This document shows, piece after piece, positions 7,268 to 8,330 of a DNA stretch of 8,330 nucleotides. Source of the DNA: an uncultured archaeon (lineage in GTDB: Archaea > Iainarchaeota > Iainarchaeia > Iainarchaeales > 0-14-0-20-30-16); contig CAZMGA010000023.1 in NCBI GenBank assembly GCA_964565725.1, positions 1 through 8,330 on the forward strand, written 5' to 3'. A model generated the notes under the pieces. That model made no database searches. It had not been told where the DNA came from and saw only the letters and a program-made list of their open reading frames with translations. The translations under genes were made by a program, and so were the position numbers. How positions within the stretch are numbered: position 1 is the first letter of the stretch; every line of letters starts with the position of its first letter.

Positions 7268-7271
7268 TTTT

Positions 7272-7838
7272 ATGAAAATAATGATTTGTGGTTTAACAGG
7301 TACAGGCAAAAGTACTATTGCAAAAGCTATATCTGAGGCTATGGGTTATGAGTATTTAGCATCTTCTAAATTATTAAGAGAATTTGCGGGAAAAGATACT
7401 AAAAAAGGTCAAGAGTTTTGGGCAGAAAAAGAAGGTCAAGAGTTTTTAGATTCCAGATATAATTCTAGTATAGATGAAGAATATGATAAATATTTATTAG
7501 ATTTAATGGATAAAAAAGATGATTTCATTATTGATTCTTGGACTATGCCTTGGTTATATAATAATGATAATGTTCTAAAGATTTATTTAAAATGTCCATT
7601 TAGTATACGAGTAAACAGAGTAATGTTAAGAGACAAATTAAAAGAACAAGACGCAAAAACAATGGTAAAAAAGAAAGATTCTGATACTAGAAAAATATTT
7701 TTACAAAACTATTGTTTTGATATTACCAAAGATTTAGATAAATTTGATTTAGTTATTAATACTCAGTATTTTGATTCTAAAGCAGTTATTCTATACATTT
7801 TAAATTACGTAAAAACTTTCGAGAAATATTACAAATAA
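7272..7838 (+). CDS. cmk: Archaeal-type cytidylate kinase (CMP kinase), 188 aa
   Basis: P-loop MKIMICGLTGTGKSTIAKAISEAMGYEYLASSKLLREFA, IIDSWTMPWL, LKIYLKCPFSIRVNRVMLRD, and FLQNYCFDITKDLDKFDLVINTQYF (cf. archaeal Cmk 'Yg.Di.d...yDLviNT'). Confidence 0.78.
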   Translation: MKIMICGLTGTGKSTIAKAISEAMGYEYLASSKLLREFAGKDTKKGQEFWAEKEGQEFLDSRYNSSIDEEYDKYLLDLMDKKDDFIIDSWTMPWLYNNDNVLKIYLKCPFSIRVNRVMLRDKLKEQDAKTMVKKKDSDTRKIFLQNYCFDITKDLDKFDLVINTQYFDSKAVILYILNYVKTFEKYYK

Positions 7839-7839
7839 T

Positions 7840-8330
7840 ATGATTAAAGTAAAATTTAAGTTTGATTATTTGAATTCTTTATTAACCAGTTATTATATCT
7901 TGTGTTTATCCTCAAAAGATCATTTAAATTGTAATTTAAAGTTGTATTCTAATTTTAAAATTTTCAAAACACAATCTATAAGATATTTAGATTATATTTA
8001 ATCTTTGAGTTTTGTTTTTAATAAAGAACAATCAATGTATAGATTAAATCTTTTTTCTCCAGAATTAAAAACAATTAAAACATATTGTAAGATTAAAAAG
8101 GTTCCCAAAATAATACAAACTGATTTCTTATTATTTGAGAAACAATTTAAACCTTATTTTTTGAAATTAAAACCTAAATTAGATTCATTTATAAAATTTA
8201 AAAACCAAAATTTATCAAAACTTATATTAACTATTTATAGTTCTGCAATAAAGTTAACTAAAAAACAGATTAGAATATTTAAAACAATTGATATCAGAGT
8301 TTTAGAGGGCATTTCTCCAAGTTCTTTTGC
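7840..8330 (+). pseudogene. Unidentified frame running off the window edge, interrupted by one in-frame TAA (7999-8001); either a disrupted gene or two adjacent ORFs
   Basis: ATG 7840 gives MIKVKFKFDYLNSLLTSYYILCLSSKDHLNCNLKLYSNFKIFKTQSIRYLDYI*. The same frame then stays open for 109 codons to the edge (...MYRLNLFSPELKTIKTYCKIKKVPKIIQTDFLLFEKQFKPYFLKLKPKLDSFIKFKNQNLSKLILTIYSSAIKLTKKQIRIFKTIDIRVLEGISPSSF). Confidence 0.45.

Noticed and set aside
7999-8001. Genetic code change (TAA as sense)
   Set aside because: Most complete genes in the window end with TAA at sensible positions (surface protein, DHH, L44e, membrane protein, smc, cmk), so global reassignment is not supported.
7840-8330. Possible noncoding RNA gene (tRNA, SRP or RNase P RNA) in the untracked right end
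   Set aside because: Very low GC with no GC-rich stems or T-loop-like motif noticed; the long open frame fits coding or ex-coding sequence better.
1-8330. CRISPR array, transposon, integrase, toxin-antitoxin or defence system
   Set aside because: No repeat-spacer pattern, transposase/integrase motifs, terminal inverted repeats, or recognisable defence effectors. The SMC-like protein has bona fide SMC motifs rather than those of defence-type ATPases, though its hinge is unusual.

Overview
The window is AT-rich and gene-dense, and it looks like a chromosomal segment of an archaeon, probably a reduced-genome DPANN-like lineage (inference). The strongest archaeal marker is a clear ribosomal protein L44e with two CxxC zinc-ribbon pairs. 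In order it contains: (1) the 3' part of a large Asn/Ser/Thr-rich surface-type protein with one C-terminal TM helix, whose reading frame is open from base 1; (2) a convergent DHH/DHHA1 phosphoesterase gene; (3) rpl44e, two bases upstream of it on the minus strand; (4) a divergent polytopic membrane protein of unknown function; (5) a short SMC ATPase with canonical heads but no recognisable full-size hinge and no CxxC zinc hook; (6) a tiny unknown ORF where scpA might be expected; (7) an archaeal-type cytidylate kinase; and (8) a frame running to the window edge, interrupted by one in-frame TAA. I found no CRISPR array, transposon, rRNA/tRNA or defence cassette. Most of this is housekeeping. 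The observations most worth follow-up are the SMC with a miniaturised hinge region, the small ORF between smc and cmk, the interrupted ORF at the right edge, and the convergent gene ends with T8 tracts inside each other's coding sequence. Matches to families are from remembered motifs; no searches or computations were run.
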